Assembly (NCBI GenBank): GCA_033764315.1
Contig: JANRJA010000160.1
Span: 1-64,000, forward strand
Length of the DNA stretch: 64,000 nucleotides
Direction of reading: 5' to 3'
Origin: Oculatellaceae cyanobacterium bins.114
Lineage (GTDB): Bacteria > Cyanobacteriota > Cyanobacteriia > Elainellales > Elainellaceae
Each line of letters begins with the position of its first letter. Within the stretch, counting starts at the first letter, position 1. This document shows positions 9,760 through 21,907 of this stretch, piece after piece. The notes below the pieces were generated by a model that was not told the DNA's origin, did not search any database, and saw only the letters and a program-made list of their open reading frames with translations. The translations under genes and the position numbers were made by a program.

Positions 9760-10314
9760 TTAGGCAGTCAGCTTGATAATGCTGCCAGGATTAGCGGTTG
9801 GTAAGGGGTAGGATTGCTGGTCAAAGTCAGGGTTATCAATCGACAAATCACCGGGCAAGAAAGTGCCACGAGTTTGAGGAGTCACCAACAGTTCTACAGT
9901 TTTGTTGGGTGAGTAAGGCGATAACGTGATTTCAACATAGCCTCTTACCTCTAAGTCAGCGACTTGCAAGCTAGCTCGATTAGGAGCAGGTTTGGAGATA
10001 TCAGGTTGCAAAATAAACAATGCTGTTTTGCCAGACGGCAAGGTCAACTGTTGGCTGGGCTTTCCGGTGACAGGGTCAGCGACTAAATCACTGAAAATGT
10101 TGCCTTCACCGACATCGGCGATCGCAATTAACTCATCGTTATTTAACTCAGGAGTGGCGTTGAATTGGATCGAAAAAGCAGCATCAGCTTCATTGGCTGC
10201 ATTGATATTAGAGATTTGAAGGAAGTAAGCTTGGACAACTCTACGAGATACTTTGGGGTCAAAGGCACCGGGTGCAATGGGTTTAACCAGCAACTCAAAA
10301 GAAGAGATAATCAT
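9760..10314 (-). CDS. Hypothetical protein
   Basis: 184-aa ATG ORF with upstream GGA; globular composition; co-oriented directly upstream of the DUF1350 gene. Confidence 0.8.
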   Translation of the reverse strand: MIISSFELLVKPIAPGAFDPKVSRRVVQAYFLQISNINAANEADAAFSIQFNATPELNNDELIAIADVGEGNIFSDLVADPVTGKPSQQLTLPSGKTALFILQPDISKPAPNRASLQVADLEVRGYVEITLSPYSPNKTVELLVTPQTRGTFLPGDLSIDNPDFDQQSYPLPTANPGSIIKLTA

Positions 10315-10522
10315 ACATAAAATCCTGCGGTGTTACTCTTCTACCAAACCACTGATGCCTCTCTGGTCGCAGCACACACGTGGGTACTTCTACAGAATGG
10401 GATGGCGGTAGTCCTATTGGGGTAAGGATGCAGAATAATCGAGGATAGTGGGAATACCTTCCAGTGGGAATACCTTCCCCTCCTCTCGTTATCCTGCTTT
10501 TTCTAGCACGACGCACAGGATG

Positions 10523-11665
<1,143 letters not shown>

Positions 11666-12388
11666 TTATGATTGCAGAATTTGATAGAGATAATAGGTCG
11701 CCATTGGAATCACTGTTGCAGCTAGCAACAAACCGATGACCCAGACTGTTGCATTGCTTTCCTTGGTTTCTTCTGGGGTTGCAAAGGTGCCTTCGGTTTG
11801 AATGTTGGCCACAATGACTGGAGGACCAGGGTCAGGCTGACCCGACAAAACGGCTACGAGGCGATCGCCCGCATCTGTAAACGCCTGATTGTACTTGTTT
11901 CCTTTACGCAAAGGAGCCAACAGAGTTTCTTGAGCCACACTGTGAGCAATCTCATCGGGCATGATCGTTTTAACAGTATCCCCTGTCCGAATTGCCGTCG
12001 TGTTTGTCACATTGTCCAACACCAACAACGTCTGGTTTGCTTGCTCATCTGAGCTTGGGAACCACTTCTCAAAGAGTTGATTAGTAAAACTCTCAATGGT
12101 TTCGCCATAATCTAGACGATGAATCGTGACCAGCCTGACCTCATTGCCCGTCTGCTTTGCCAAATTGTCTAAAGTCCCGCTCACAGTTCCTTCAGTGAGA
12201 CGGCTTAAAATATCTGCCTCATCTATCACCCAATCTCCTGTTGCAGGTTTCAAAGGAAAGTCATAGACACCCGTTGCATGAGCAGGAGCCACACTTAAAT
12301 AAAGTGGCAACAACAGCCCAATCAAAACGACGGACAAGACTTGGAGCTTAGCTTGCAACTGAGATAGGGAAGTGAGGAAAGAGGCCAT
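11666..12388 (-). CDS. psb32: Photosystem II repair protein Psb32 (TPM domain)
   Basis: Signal peptide, ATGVYD, RLDYGET, DPGPP, C-terminal TM 'WVIGLLLAATVIPMATYY'. Confidence 0.85.
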   Translation of the reverse strand: MASFLTSLSQLQAKLQVLSVVLIGLLLPLYLSVAPAHATGVYDFPLKPATGDWVIDEADILSRLTEGTVSGTLDNLAKQTGNEVRLVTIHRLDYGETIESFTNQLFEKWFPSSDEQANQTLLVLDNVTNTTAIRTGDTVKTIMPDEIAHSVAQETLLAPLRKGNKYNQAFTDAGDRLVAVLSGQPDPGPPVIVANIQTEGTFATPEETKESNATVWVIGLLLAATVIPMATYYLYQILQS

Positions 12389-12511
12389 GCTGTGTATTTA
12401 AGTACTTTTTTCTCAAAATACTATAGATTTATATGCAAATAAATAGCTAAAGGTAGATGTCAACTCTATTGCTAGCAAATTCTTTTTGGCACCGTTACTT
12501 GAATGATTTGT

Positions 12512-13141
12512 TCATCCGACTCCATTGCCTTCCTTGCCATAGGCTTGCCAAGCTAGATCGACTAACCCATTCATAATGGCGGAAGCCACGACTGCACTCC
12601 CTTTGCGTCCCTCAATCCGAATGTGAGGAATCAAAGAATCTTTGAGCCGTTGCACCGCCTCATCCACTCCCACAAATCCAGCAGGAGTGCCCACGACCAA
12701 GGCCGGACGAATCTCTTCTGATTCGATCAAGTCAACGATTACGGTTAAGGCAGTTTGGGCTTCTCCTACGACAAAAATTCCTTCAGGATATCGCTTTGCC
12801 AGGGTTTCAATACCCCAAGCTGCCTTTGTTTTTTCTCGTTGCGGACGGGTTAGCGCATCCATACTGCAATAAACCGGATTTGAGAACGTGCTTTGAATAT
12901 TGGGAGTAATGCCCACTTGCACCATTGGCACATCGACCACAATGGTGCTGCGAGCAGCTAAGGCTGCCGCTCCAGCTTGTAAAGCCTGATCTGCAAATCG
13001 AATTAAGGATTTGTACTCAAAATCAGCCGTTGCATAAATCACTCGTCGTACGATTTCGTACTCAGAGGGAGAAAATGCATGTTCGCCAATTTCCCGATCA
13101 ATAATCCTCAAGCTTTGAGCGTCAGTGACGTGCCACTCCAT
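12512..13141 (-). CDS. cobH: Precorrin-8X methylmutase (CobH/CbiC family)
   Basis: SLRIIDREIG, RRVIYATADF, GTPAGFV, GRKGSAVVA. Confidence 0.85.
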   Translation of the reverse strand: MEWHVTDAQSLRIIDREIGEHAFSPSEYEIVRRVIYATADFEYKSLIRFADQALQAGAAALAARSTIVVDVPMVQVGITPNIQSTFSNPVYCSMDALTRPQREKTKAAWGIETLAKRYPEGIFVVGEAQTALTVIVDLIESEEIRPALVVGTPAGFVGVDEAVQRLKDSLIPHIRIEGRKGSAVVASAIMNGLVDLAWQAYGKEGNGVG

Positions 13142-13225
13142 GAACTCCCCTGAAAAATTTGGTCATCCCATTCTAGACCTTCATTAGACCTTAAATAGGC
13201 ATAGATTCCAAGCAAAATATATTGC

Positions 13226-14026
13226 TTATGTTTCTGAAGTGGATGTGGTGAACATGGGCGAGAGGTAAGCCACCAATGCACCTAGCACAAAACCCGCAAC
13301 ATTACGCAGCAAAGGCAACCAATCGGCAGTACGAGTGACCACAGGGCCAATGCCGAAGGCAATAAAGAGAATGCCCCAGAGGGGTGAAAAAATTAACGCC
13401 CATTGCCAAGAAAAAGCTTTGCCAGGTTGACGCGGGTGGGCGGCAAAGCCAAAAATCACGCCACCCACTATCGAGGTAATGAGAGTGAGAATCCACTGCT
13501 CTTTTGGCAATCCTGGGACAACATTGCATCCTCCTTGCCGCAAGCAAGCCTCAACGGACTCTAAGGCCCCTAAGATAGAGCCGTCTTCCCCATTTTCACG
13601 GACAAAAAATTGATTGCCATAGCGAGTTTGCAACTCAATCCAAAAGGTGCGAGGCAAGAACTTATAAAAGGCATCTCCCACACTAAAGTTGAGGAGGTTG
13701 CCCCCACGGGGATCAGCCACGAGTAAAACGCTTTTTTCGTCGAGATTCCAAAACTCTTTAACCGCACGCCCAGGGGTTCGATCAAATTGAGTCAACACCC
13801 GCAGTTTCCAGCCTGTTTCTGCTTCAAATGCTTTGAGATGCTCATCTAAATCTGCTTGCTGAATCGTGGTTAGTGAGTCAGCCAGGTCAATGATATTGGT
13901 AGGGGCATTGGGCAATAAATCGGGATTGTCGTAGGCATAAGCCGCAGGGGCGATCGCCCAGCTGATAAGCGATAGAGCAGCAATGGCAACGTAAATGATA
14001 ATTTTATTGACGAAGAATTTTAACAT
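13226..14026 (-). CDS. TPM-domain thylakoid protein
   Basis: Signal peptide; ETGWKLRVLTQ, FWIELQTRYGNQFFVR, GC.VVPGLP; three C-terminal TMs. Confidence 0.85.
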   Translation of the reverse strand: MLKFFVNKIIIYVAIAALSLISWAIAPAAYAYDNPDLLPNAPTNIIDLADSLTTIQQADLDEHLKAFEAETGWKLRVLTQFDRTPGRAVKEFWNLDEKSVLLVADPRGGNLLNFSVGDAFYKFLPRTFWIELQTRYGNQFFVRENGEDGSILGALESVEACLRQGGCNVVPGLPKEQWILTLITSIVGGVIFGFAAHPRQPGKAFSWQWALIFSPLWGILFIAFGIGPVVTRTADWLPLLRNVAGFVLGALVAYLSPMFTTSTSET

Positions 14027-14305
14027 TGGTGAATTTGAAGCGATTCTTTGCAGATCAGAGATGGCTAACAGCCCACAAATGTAAAGGTTAACTGAGAAAC
14101 GCTTTACACTTGTTTACCTTAACCTAATACTAATCATACTAGGAATGCAAAGCGAGGCAGTCAATCCTCATTTCAATAAATCTTCGTGAGTGAGGGAGAT
14201 TGTCATTCCAGATTAGGCCAAATCGATCTTGCAACCCCTTTTTAATCAGGGTTTCAAAACACCAGTCTGACTTGATCTCGCGATCGCTCGTTTGAGGTCA
14301 ATGCC

Positions 14306-14968
14306 TTATAGTTCTTCAACCCGTTGCCACTGCGTTGCCGCTGCATCAGGGGTGGCATCAGAGTTGGTTTGCTCTAGATAATAATAGGGGTCTTCATCGT
14401 CGAGGTCAGTGTCTGAGCCTGAGTCTGGCAAATCATAGTCAGTTAAATCTTCTGATTGCTCTAATGGCTCAGCTAGGTCTGAAAAAGAGTCGTCTGAGTA
14501 AAACTCTCGGGATGGTGAGGAGCCATATAACGGATACGGGGCATCAGAGGTAAGGGGCGATCGCTCCGATTGGGTCAGTCGCCCTTCAGATCGGCGAGAT
14601 GAAGTAGGACGCTTAAATGCTCTCCAAGCGGCTTTGAACCCAACCACTAAACTGCGAGTCGTGAGTTGCGCTTTTTTGGCCTGCTTTTTGACCCCTCTCA
14701 AACTGTCGTCAAACTGTTTAACGACTCGCCCTGCACTTTGAACACCGTCACTGACATCATCAGTCAAGTCGCTAATCTCCATGCCTGTCAGTCGAATCGC
14801 TTCTAAGGTTGGGGGCAACTCTCGACTCAGGGTGTCAAACAGCTTTTCGGCACTGCGGGCGGCTCGTGCCAACTCTCGCAATGCCGGAAGGGCTGCAACT
14901 AGAACTGCCGTTAAGCTGACAGCGACAAATAGGATGGACAGTCCTAACCAAAACAGGGGATCAACCAC
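14306..14968 (-). CDS. DUF948-like membrane-anchored protein
   Basis: DPLFWLGLS TM then ELARAARSAEKLFDTL.RELPPTLEAIRLTG; acidic tail. GTG 14968 preferred over 14998. Confidence 0.8.
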   Translation of the reverse strand: MVDPLFWLGLSILFVAVSLTAVLVAALPALRELARAARSAEKLFDTLSRELPPTLEAIRLTGMEISDLTDDVSDGVQSAGRVVKQFDDSLRGVKKQAKKAQLTTRSLVVGFKAAWRAFKRPTSSRRSEGRLTQSERSPLTSDAPYPLYGSSPSREFYSDDSFSDLAEPLEQSEDLTDYDLPDSGSDTDLDDEDPYYYLEQTNSDATPDAAATQWQRVEEL

Positions 14969-15080
14969 AATCGTTTGCTTGTACCAAGCTAGAACCACAG
15001 AAATTGATAATAGGCAATGCCGTTGAGTGTGAAACCTTGAAGCTCACCCAACGCCATCGCCCAATTTTAGCAATGCCCGT

Positions 15081-15437
15081 TTACGAGCCACGAACACTGG
15101 AACGAGATTCTGGAGTGGGTTTTGGCTCACTCGATATGATCTGTTGGCGATCGCGTTGACTGGCTTCTAACCCAGCGGCGATCGCTTCTCGTAATCGACC
15201 CAACGTGCCATCCCAATTGCGAACCGCTGACTCTGACAGACGGTCTGCCTGTAACTGCACACTGCTAGATAAATCCTCAGCCAACTCTGGTAAGGCATCA
15301 GCTGATTTTTTGAGAAATTGACGGGTTTCTCGCCCAGAACGAGGAGCTAACAGCAACCCTGCAACAGTGCCTGCTGCGGCACCGATGAGCATTCCTCCAA
15401 AAAACCAGCCCGCTCCACCATTGCTATTATCTGACAT
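15081..15437 (-). CDS. YtxH-domain protein
   Basis: Gly-rich TM 'FFGGMLIGAAAGTVAGLLLAPRSGRETR'. Confidence 0.85.
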   Translation of the reverse strand: MSDNSNGGAGWFFGGMLIGAAAGTVAGLLLAPRSGRETRQFLKKSADALPELAEDLSSSVQLQADRLSESAVRNWDGTLGRLREAIAAGLEASQRDRQQIISSEPKPTPESRSSVRGS

Positions 15438-15582
15438 GTTTTAGCCCCTACTTTGACCGATATCACATGCGCCTGCAATACTGCCCATGATAAAAGTTCA
15501 TGGCAGAAATAGAAATCAATTTTTTTAGAGGGTGGCTGCTTGATCAAAGCCTCCAATCCACAGTAATCAACCCTTGCCCCTA

Positions 15583-15933
15583 TTATCGCTGCTGCCATTT
15601 TCGTTGGATGCCAGATTTCTGCCGCTTAGACGAGGGGCGTTGTCGCCAGAAGGGTAGCTGCGCTGTGGGTAATTGCCCTAAGCTGCTGACCAGTGCCAAA
15701 ATTTGCTGTACCTTTTGCAGTTGTTGCGTTTGTTGTCTTACCTGATACACTCCCAATTGACCTTTGATAATGGCATTTGGGGCATTATTCAACACCCGAT
15801 GAGTATTGCGCTCAGCGGCAATTAGACTATCGGCGATCGTCGCTAAAGCTTGCCGCAACCGCCACACTCGCCAAGCTGCATAGAGACACGCTAAACCAAT
15901 CAGGCTATTGAGAATAACAACAACAGTCACCAT
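15583..15933 (-). CDS. Hypothetical membrane-anchored protein
   Basis: N-terminal TM, WRVWRLR, AAERNTH.VL..AP; first gene of the co-oriented run. ATG 15933 preferred. Confidence 0.7.
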   Translation of the reverse strand: MVTVVVILNSLIGLACLYAAWRVWRLRQALATIADSLIAAERNTHRVLNNAPNAIIKGQLGVYQVRQQTQQLQKVQQILALVSSLGQLPTAQLPFWRQRPSSKRQKSGIQRKWQQR

Positions 15934-16206
15934 GAGGGCGAGGACAAGACAATATAAATATAAGGATGTGAATAGAAAATGAGTTTTCCTATTTGCACCA
16001 TACTGACACATTAAGCCTGACACATTAAGTTTATGAGTACGAAGCCTAGAGAGGAGTCAGAGGGTATGAGATTATGCCAGAGGGCGTAATGACACCCCAC
16101 AGAACACCCATAGATATGGTTTGAGAGACAGCTTAGATACAACACTGCTTTAGATACAGCATTGCTTTAGATAAAATATTGTCTTTGTGTTTGTAGAGAG
16201 GAATCG

Positions 16207-19173
16207 ATGACGCAATCGCCAACGTCACCAGTATTTTATGTCAATCCAGTTCAGGGTAACGACAATGCCAATGGTACTCAGGGCAGCCCTTATCGAACTA
16301 TTACACGAGCCTTACGACAGGCGACCTCTGGCAGTGTCATTCGACTGGCCGCCGGAAACTATACGGCTACTAATGGTGAGGTGTTTCCAATTGTGATTCC
16401 AGCGGGAGTCACCATTATTGGAGATGAAGCCCAAAAAGGGAATGGCATCTTGATTGATGGAGGTGGTGAATATGTCAGTCCTACCTTTAACCGTCAAAAC
16501 ATTACCTTTCGACCTGACAACAATGCTCAGTTGCGGGGAGTGATGGTGGTTAACCGAGCCACGCGTGGTACTGGGGTGTGGATTGAGTCAACCAATCCAG
16601 TCATCGCCAACAATATTTTTGTTACCTGCGGGCGAGAAGGCGTATTTGTCACCGGGAACGCCACCCCAGATATCTCTGACAACATCTTTCAGCGCAATGC
16701 AGCCAGTGGAATTTCTCTGGTTCGTAATGCCAAAGGCGATATTCGCCGTAACCTTTGTCAAAATACGGGCTATGGCATTGCCATCAGTGACAATGCTGCC
16801 CCTCTCTTGATTGGCAATCAAGTTGTTGAAAATCGTGCTGGAGTAGTGATTTCAGGAGCAGCTCGACCCGTTTTGCGGAGTAATCGAATTGAGCGGAATA
16901 CCAGTGACGGATTAGTCGTTACTAATGCGGCGGTTCCCGATTTGGGTCGCACTCAAGATCCAGGGAATAACTCACTTCAACGAAATGGGGCGACTGATCT
17001 GCGCAACGATACAGCTGTAGCTCTTTTATCAGTGGGAAATCAAGTGGATCCGGCGCGAGTGAGCGGGGCTGTCAATTTTATTGCCAGCGAAGTGCCACCC
17101 TCAAGCCCAACTCCAGTACCGACACCGCAACCAGTACCGACACCGCAACCAGTACCCACGCCCTTGCCAAGAACGCTGTTGACTGACATTACAGGGCATT
17201 GGGCAGAGGCATTTATTCAAGCATTGGTGGCTCGAGGTGCTATAGGTGGGTTTCCAGACAACACATTTAGACCAGAGGCCAGTCTGACACGGGTGCAATA
17301 TGCGGCGGCGATCGCCAAAGCGTTTAACCTGGCGGCAAGACAACCCAGCAGCCAATTTGTAGATGTCCCTGCTAATTTTTGGGGAACAGCGGCGATCGCC
17401 AGAGCCGAGGAAATGGGGTTCATTGCAGGTTTCCCGGATGGCACCTTTCGGCCTAATCAAAATCTGACTCGCGTGCAAACCCTTGTTTCCTTGGTGAGTG
17501 GTTTGGGGTTGACTGGGGGTAACCCAAACTCGCTAGATGCCTACAGCGATCGCGCTCAAATTCCCAGCTATGCCATTAATGCTGTCGCTACTGCGACTCA
17601 GCGACGCATCGTCGTCAATCATCCTCAAGTTGGGCAACTAGAACCGATGGTTGATGTTACCCGAGCTGAGGTTGCCGCCATGATCTATCAGGCACTGGTG
17701 TCTGTGGGTCAAGCGAGAGCGATTCCTTCGCCTTACATTGTGCAACCCGATATTACAGCTCCGTCCTTTGCTGACTTAGAGGGGTATTGGGCATCCGAGT
17801 TTATTCGAGCTTTGGCCAGTCAAGGCTTTATTAGCGGCTTTGCCGATGGCACTTTTAGACCTGACACCGAAATGACGCGGGCTCAATATGCCATATTGCT
17901 GGTCAATACGTTTAATCCCACTCCCAAACGCCCTGCTGTTGCCTTTGTGGATGTTCCAGATAACTTTTGGGCCGCTGCTGCGATTCGACGGGCTTATCAA
18001 GGAGGACTGCTATCAGGAGCCGCTGATGGCACGTTTCAACCCAATCAAAACGTGTCGCGAATTCAAGTCCTTTTATCGTTAGCCAATGGCTTGCAATTAC
18101 CCAGTGGGGATCAAACGATCTTGAGATGGTATGAAGATGAGGCGGCGATCCCCACGGTGGCACGAGGGGCAGTTGCTAGTGCGACGACCAATCGTGTTGT
18201 TGTCAATTTTCCCCAGATTCGGCAACTCAATCCTAATCGGGCTGCAACCCGCGGAGAAGTAGCTGCGCTGGTATATCAAGCCGTGGTCTATTTGGGGCGA
18301 TCGCCTGCAATCAGTTCCCCTTACATTGTCGATCCACAGCGACCTAATGATCCCGCTTCTCGTAATCCTGCTCCGTCTCCCTCACCTCGTCCCACGACTC
18401 CATCTCCATCCCCTGCCCCTTCACCCAACCCGTTACCGCGTTCGGTTGCTCCATCTCCAACTCCGACTCCATCCCCTAATCCGTTACCGCGTTCGGTTGT
18501 TCCGTCTCCAACTCCAACGCCTGCCCCAACTCCTAGTCCTACGCCAAATCCGTTACCTCGGTCGGTCGTGCCCACCCCGTTGCCATCTCCCGCTCCACCT
18601 CCACTCCCTCGCCCACCGAGCTTACTGATCATGCTAGATCCAGGGCATGGAGGCAGTGATCCCGGTGCCATCGGCATTGAGGGGTTGCGAGAAAAAGATA
18701 TTGTCTTGGGGATCGCCCAAGAGGTCGCCACTCTCTTAACTCAACGAGGTGTTAAGACAGCCCTGACCCGCGATGGAGATGAAGATTTAGAACTAAACCC
18801 ACGGGTGCAGATTGCAGAACAAGCGAGAGCAGATTTATTTGTCAGCATTCATGCCAACTCCATTAACCTCGATCGCCCTGAAGTTAACGGATTAGAAACC
18901 TATCACTATCCTGGTTCAACGCGCAGTGCAAGTCTGGCTCAAGCCATTCAAACTAGCATTCTCAATACAATTCAAGTTCGCGATCGGGGCGTGCGGCAAG
19001 CTAACTTTTATGTCCTCAAAAATACATCTATGCCTGCTGTCTTGATCGAGGTTGGGTTTGTCACTGGACAAGAAGATGCTGTCAAGTTATCTCAACCCGC
19101 CTATCGCAGACAAATGGCAGAGGCGATCGCCAATGGCATTGTCCACTATGCCAGTGAGATGACCCGCGGGTAG
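16207..19173 (+). CDS. DUF1565/beta-helix + 6 SLH + Pro-rich linker + N-acetylmuramoyl-L-alanine amidase (Amidase_3)
   Basis: YVNP..G.D...G....PYRTIT.AL; parallel beta-helix repeats; six SLH repeats ([12 protein letters not shown]); amidase motifs [25 protein letters not shown]. Confidence 0.9.
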   Translation: MTQSPTSPVFYVNPVQGNDNANGTQGSPYRTITRALRQATSGSVIRLAAGNYTATNGEVFPIVIPAGVTIIGDEAQKGNGILIDGGGEYVSPTFNRQNITFRPDNNAQLRGVMVVNRATRGTGVWIESTNPVIANNIFVTCGREGVFVTGNATPDISDNIFQRNAASGISLVRNAKGDIRRNLCQNTGYGIAISDNAAPLLIGNQVVENRAGVVISGAARPVLRSNRIERNTSDGLVVTNAAVPDLGRTQDPGNNSLQRNGATDLRNDTAVALLSVGNQVDPARVSGAVNFIASEVPPSSPTPVPTPQPVPTPQPVPTPLPRTLLTDITGHWAEAFIQALVARGAIGGFPDNTFRPEASLTRVQYAAAIAKAFNLAARQPSSQFVDVPANFWGTAAIARAEEMGFIAGFPDGTFRPNQNLTRVQTLVSLVSGLGLTGGNPNSLDAYSDRAQIPSYAINAVATATQRRIVVNHPQVGQLEPMVDVTRAEVAAMIYQALVSVGQARAIPSPYIVQPDITAPSFADLEGYWASEFIRALASQGFISGFADGTFRPDTEMTRAQYAILLVNTFNPTPKRPAVAFVDVPDNFWAAAAIRRAYQGGLLSGAADGTFQPNQNVSRIQVLLSLANGLQLPSGDQTILRWYEDEAAIPTVARGAVASATTNRVVVNFPQIRQLNPNRAATRGEVAALVYQAVVYLGRSPAISSPYIVDPQRPNDPASRNPAPSPSPRPTTPSPSPAPSPNPLPRSVAPSPTPTPSPNPLPRSVVPSPTPTPAPTPSPTPNPLPRSVVPTPLPSPAPPPLPRPPSLLIMLDPGHGGSDPGAIGIEGLREKDIVLGIAQEVATLLTQRGVKTALTRDGDEDLELNPRVQIAEQARADLFVSIHANSINLDRPEVNGLETYHYPGSTRSASLAQAIQTSILNTIQVRDRGVRQANFYVLKNTSMPAVLIEVGFVTGQEDAVKLSQPAYRRQMAEAIANGIVHYASEMTRG

Positions 19174-19579
19174 AGGTGTAGAAGGGACGCACATCAATGG
19201 CGGGCTAACCCACAACATCTACTCAAGTGGACTGAAATCTACTCTAAGGCTGCTGGAGTAGACTTCACCATTAGCCCACAACTTTTAGTCGCAGACGAAA
19301 TGGAGCAAAGGTAAAGCTTGTCTTGACCTAAAAATCTGGATATACCCCAGTGGCAGGGTTAATGGTCTACTCAATGGGTCTCTCAAAAGCCAAGACACTC
19401 GCATTTAGACTGATGCAAATGTACTTGGCTTGGCTGAGTGACTTTTGCTAGAGAGATTGAGGCACATCAATGCTTACTTCTCTAATATGATCCCTGACTC
19501 TTAATCATCACTACCGACCGTTGAACAAATGATGGGAATATAAATTAAGGTCACAATAAGTGTTTGACAAGGAAATGTT

Positions 19580-19915
19580 ATGGCTGAGATTCAATTTTCA
19601 CGCGGCGTGACGGAGGAAGTTATCCCTGATGTACGATTGCGACGCTCTAAAGATGGCACTAATGGCACGGCTGTTTTTTATTTCCAAAGCCCCAAAGCGT
19701 TGAGTAACGATAGCACTCAAGAGATTACTGGGATGTATCTGGTTGACGAAGAGGGCGAGCTAGTGACTCGAGAAGTCAAAGCAAAATTTATCAACGGTCA
19801 GCCAGACGCCCTTGAAGCCGTTTATGTCATGAAGAGTGTCGAAGATTGGGATCGCTTTATTCGTTTTATGGAGCGATATGCTGAAGGGCACGATTTAGGA
19901 TTTAACAAAAGCTAG
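19580..19915 (+). CDS. psb28: Photosystem II protein Psb28
   Basis: [40 protein letters not shown]. Confidence 0.95.
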   Translation: MAEIQFSRGVTEEVIPDVRLRRSKDGTNGTAVFYFQSPKALSNDSTQEITGMYLVDEEGELVTREVKAKFINGQPDALEAVYVMKSVEDWDRFIRFMERYAEGHDLGFNKS

Positions 19916-19935
19916 GATTTAAACAAGACTTAGTT

Positions 19936-20454
19936 ATGGCTCATCGTCCTCATCCCGATGCTTATCCTATTGTTGTTCATTGTGCGGTCATTACTGTCAG
20001 CGATACTCGCACAATCGAGACTGATCGCAGTGGTCAACTCATTCAGCAGTTGCTTCGGGATGCTGGACACTTTATCGTGACCTACGAGATTGTGCCAGAT
20101 GAACCAGAAAAAATTGGGACTCAGGTACAAACCTTGTGTAATCAGGCTGATATAGAAGCGATTATTTTAAATGGTGGAACGGGGATCGCACCTCGCGATA
20201 CGACCTATGATGCGATCGAACGCTTACTAGAAAAGGTTTTACCTGGATTTGGTGAAATATTTCGGGGATTGAGTTATCAAGAAATTGGCTCACGAGCAAT
20301 GGCTTCACGGGCGATCGCAGGAGTACGTCATGCCACACTTATATTCTCGCTGCCAGGGTCTACTAATGCAGTTCGACTGGCTATTGAAAAGCTAATTCTG
20401 CCAGAGCTAACGCATTTAACCCAACAACTCAAAGGCACTTCTGCGTCAAGCTAA
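19936..20454 (+). CDS. moaB: Molybdenum cofactor biosynthesis protein, MogA/MoaB family
   Basis: TVSDTR, D.SG, GGTGIAPRDTT, LPGFGE, SRA.AG, LPGS. Confidence 0.9.
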   Translation: MAHRPHPDAYPIVVHCAVITVSDTRTIETDRSGQLIQQLLRDAGHFIVTYEIVPDEPEKIGTQVQTLCNQADIEAIILNGGTGIAPRDTTYDAIERLLEKVLPGFGEIFRGLSYQEIGSRAMASRAIAGVRHATLIFSLPGSTNAVRLAIEKLILPELTHLTQQLKGTSASS

Positions 20455-20491
20455 ATTCCGGTGAGCAATTCCCGTTTTGACTGTAGAAAAC

Positions 20492-20520
20492 AAATCAGGG
20501 AGGCACTGCCTCCCTGATTT
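20492..20520. terminator. Likely bidirectional intrinsic terminator
   Basis: Perfect inverted repeat AAATCAGGGAGGCA-c-TGCCTCCCTGATTT between convergent moaB and ctpB. Confidence 0.7.
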
Positions 20521-20554
20521 CAATTAATTCAATTCATTCAGAGTACCAGAACTC

Positions 20555-21907
20555 CTATCTCAAGCTCTGCTGAGAATCATTGGATGGAGCCCCTGAGGTG
20601 ATTTGATGACGTGCTTGTGGATTAGAACGATTGGCTAGAATGTCTTCTCGCAAGGCTGAAACAGCGGCTGAATATTGGGGATCAGCCGTTGTTCCGATCA
20701 ATGTTGGAGTGGTTGATAACTCCTGTCGTTGAGCATCGGTCAACTCAATTTGCACATCAGGCGCGATCCCACGATGGCTAATGTCGGTGCCAGCAGGGGT
20801 ATAGTAGTGTGCGATCGTGACGGCTAAACCAGAGCCATCTGATAGAGAGTGAACAGACTGGACGAGTGCTTTACCAAAGGTTTGAGTTCCAACAACGGTA
20901 GCTCGCTCGTTATCCATCAATGCTCCGGTCAAGATCTCGCTAGAACTAGCAGAACTGCCATCCACTAACAGTGCCAGAGGGAGGTTAGTGATAGCCGTGT
21001 GATTGGCTGCAATCTCTTCGCTTGCCCCTACTCGGTCTACCGTACGAACGATCGAACCACTGCCAAGCCACATACGAGCGATGTCAATACTAGCTTGTAG
21101 CAAGCCACCAGGGTTGCCTCTCAAATCGAGCACAAAAGCTTCTGCTCCCTGCTCGGATAAGTCAGAAATGGCACGACGCATTTGACTGGCGGCATGAGCA
21201 CTAAACTCGTTTAAGCGGATGTAGCCGATTCGAGTGTTGCCATCTTGTTGAAGGCTATAGCGAACGGTTGGCAGTTCAATGCGTGCCCGAACCAGAGGTA
21301 AATCAAAGGCATCTTCTCCTTCCCGTTGAATTCGGAGGGTAATGCGAGTGCCAACTTCTCCACGAATCATGTTAGAAGCATCTTCAACACTCATGCCTTC
21401 GGTGGACTTGCCATCAATGGCCAAAATGCGATCGCCCGCTCGAATGCCTGCGGTTGAAGCAGGAGAATTAGGAATTGGCTCTACAACTGCCAGTGCACCC
21501 GCTTCTTCAAGGGCTTGAAGGCGAATGCCTACCCCAGACAACTCACCCGATGTTTGGCTGGTCAGTTGGTCATATTGCCTGGGATCCATGAAGCGAGTGT
21601 AGGGATCATTCAGTTGCTCTAACGCTTCGCGTAAAGCATTATAGGCTTCTTCTTGAGACGCATAGTCACGGCTCAACAGCTCATGGCGCACCGTTTGCCA
21701 ATCCACGCTGTTGAATGTGGTATCAACATATTCTCGATTTACGATTTGCCAGGCTTCGTCCAGGATTGCCTTAGGGCTATCGCTAAGTGAGGCTTGAACC
21801 GAAGGACTAAGAGCAGGGCTGAGTAGAGAGACGGTTGTGGTAGCAGCGATCGCTCCACCAAACAGCACTGTATGTAGCAGATGGGAAAGTCTGAAAGGGT
21901 GCTTCAT
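20555..21907 (-). CDS. ctpB: Carboxyl-terminal processing protease (S41, PDZ), CtpB type
   Basis: DPYTRF, PDZ domain, DLRGNPGG, SASSSEI, TFGKALVQ. Paralog call (B) rests on N-terminal SPKAILDEAWQIV and is less certain. Confidence 0.85.
   Translation of the reverse strand: MKHPFRLSHLLHTVLFGGAIAATTTVSLLSPALSPSVQASLSDSPKAILDEAWQIVNREYVDTTFNSVDWQTVRHELLSRDYASQEEAYNALREALEQLNDPYTRFMDPRQYDQLTSQTSGELSGVGIRLQALEEAGALAVVEPIPNSPASTAGIRAGDRILAIDGKSTEGMSVEDASNMIRGEVGTRITLRIQREGEDAFDLPLVRARIELPTVRYSLQQDGNTRIGYIRLNEFSAHAASQMRRAISDLSEQGAEAFVLDLRGNPGGLLQASIDIARMWLGSGSIVRTVDRVGASEEIAANHTAITNLPLALLVDGSSASSSEILTGALMDNERATVVGTQTFGKALVQSVHSLSDGSGLAVTIAHYYTPAGTDISHRGIAPDVQIELTDAQRQELSTTPTLIGTTADPQYSAAVSALREDILANRSNPQARHQITSGAPSNDSQQSLR

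Noticed and set aside
17113..18600. Repeats at about 17113-17160 and 18415-18580 as CRISPR or mobile repeats
   Set aside because: They are in-frame Pro/Thr linker repeats with synonymous variation and no unique spacers.
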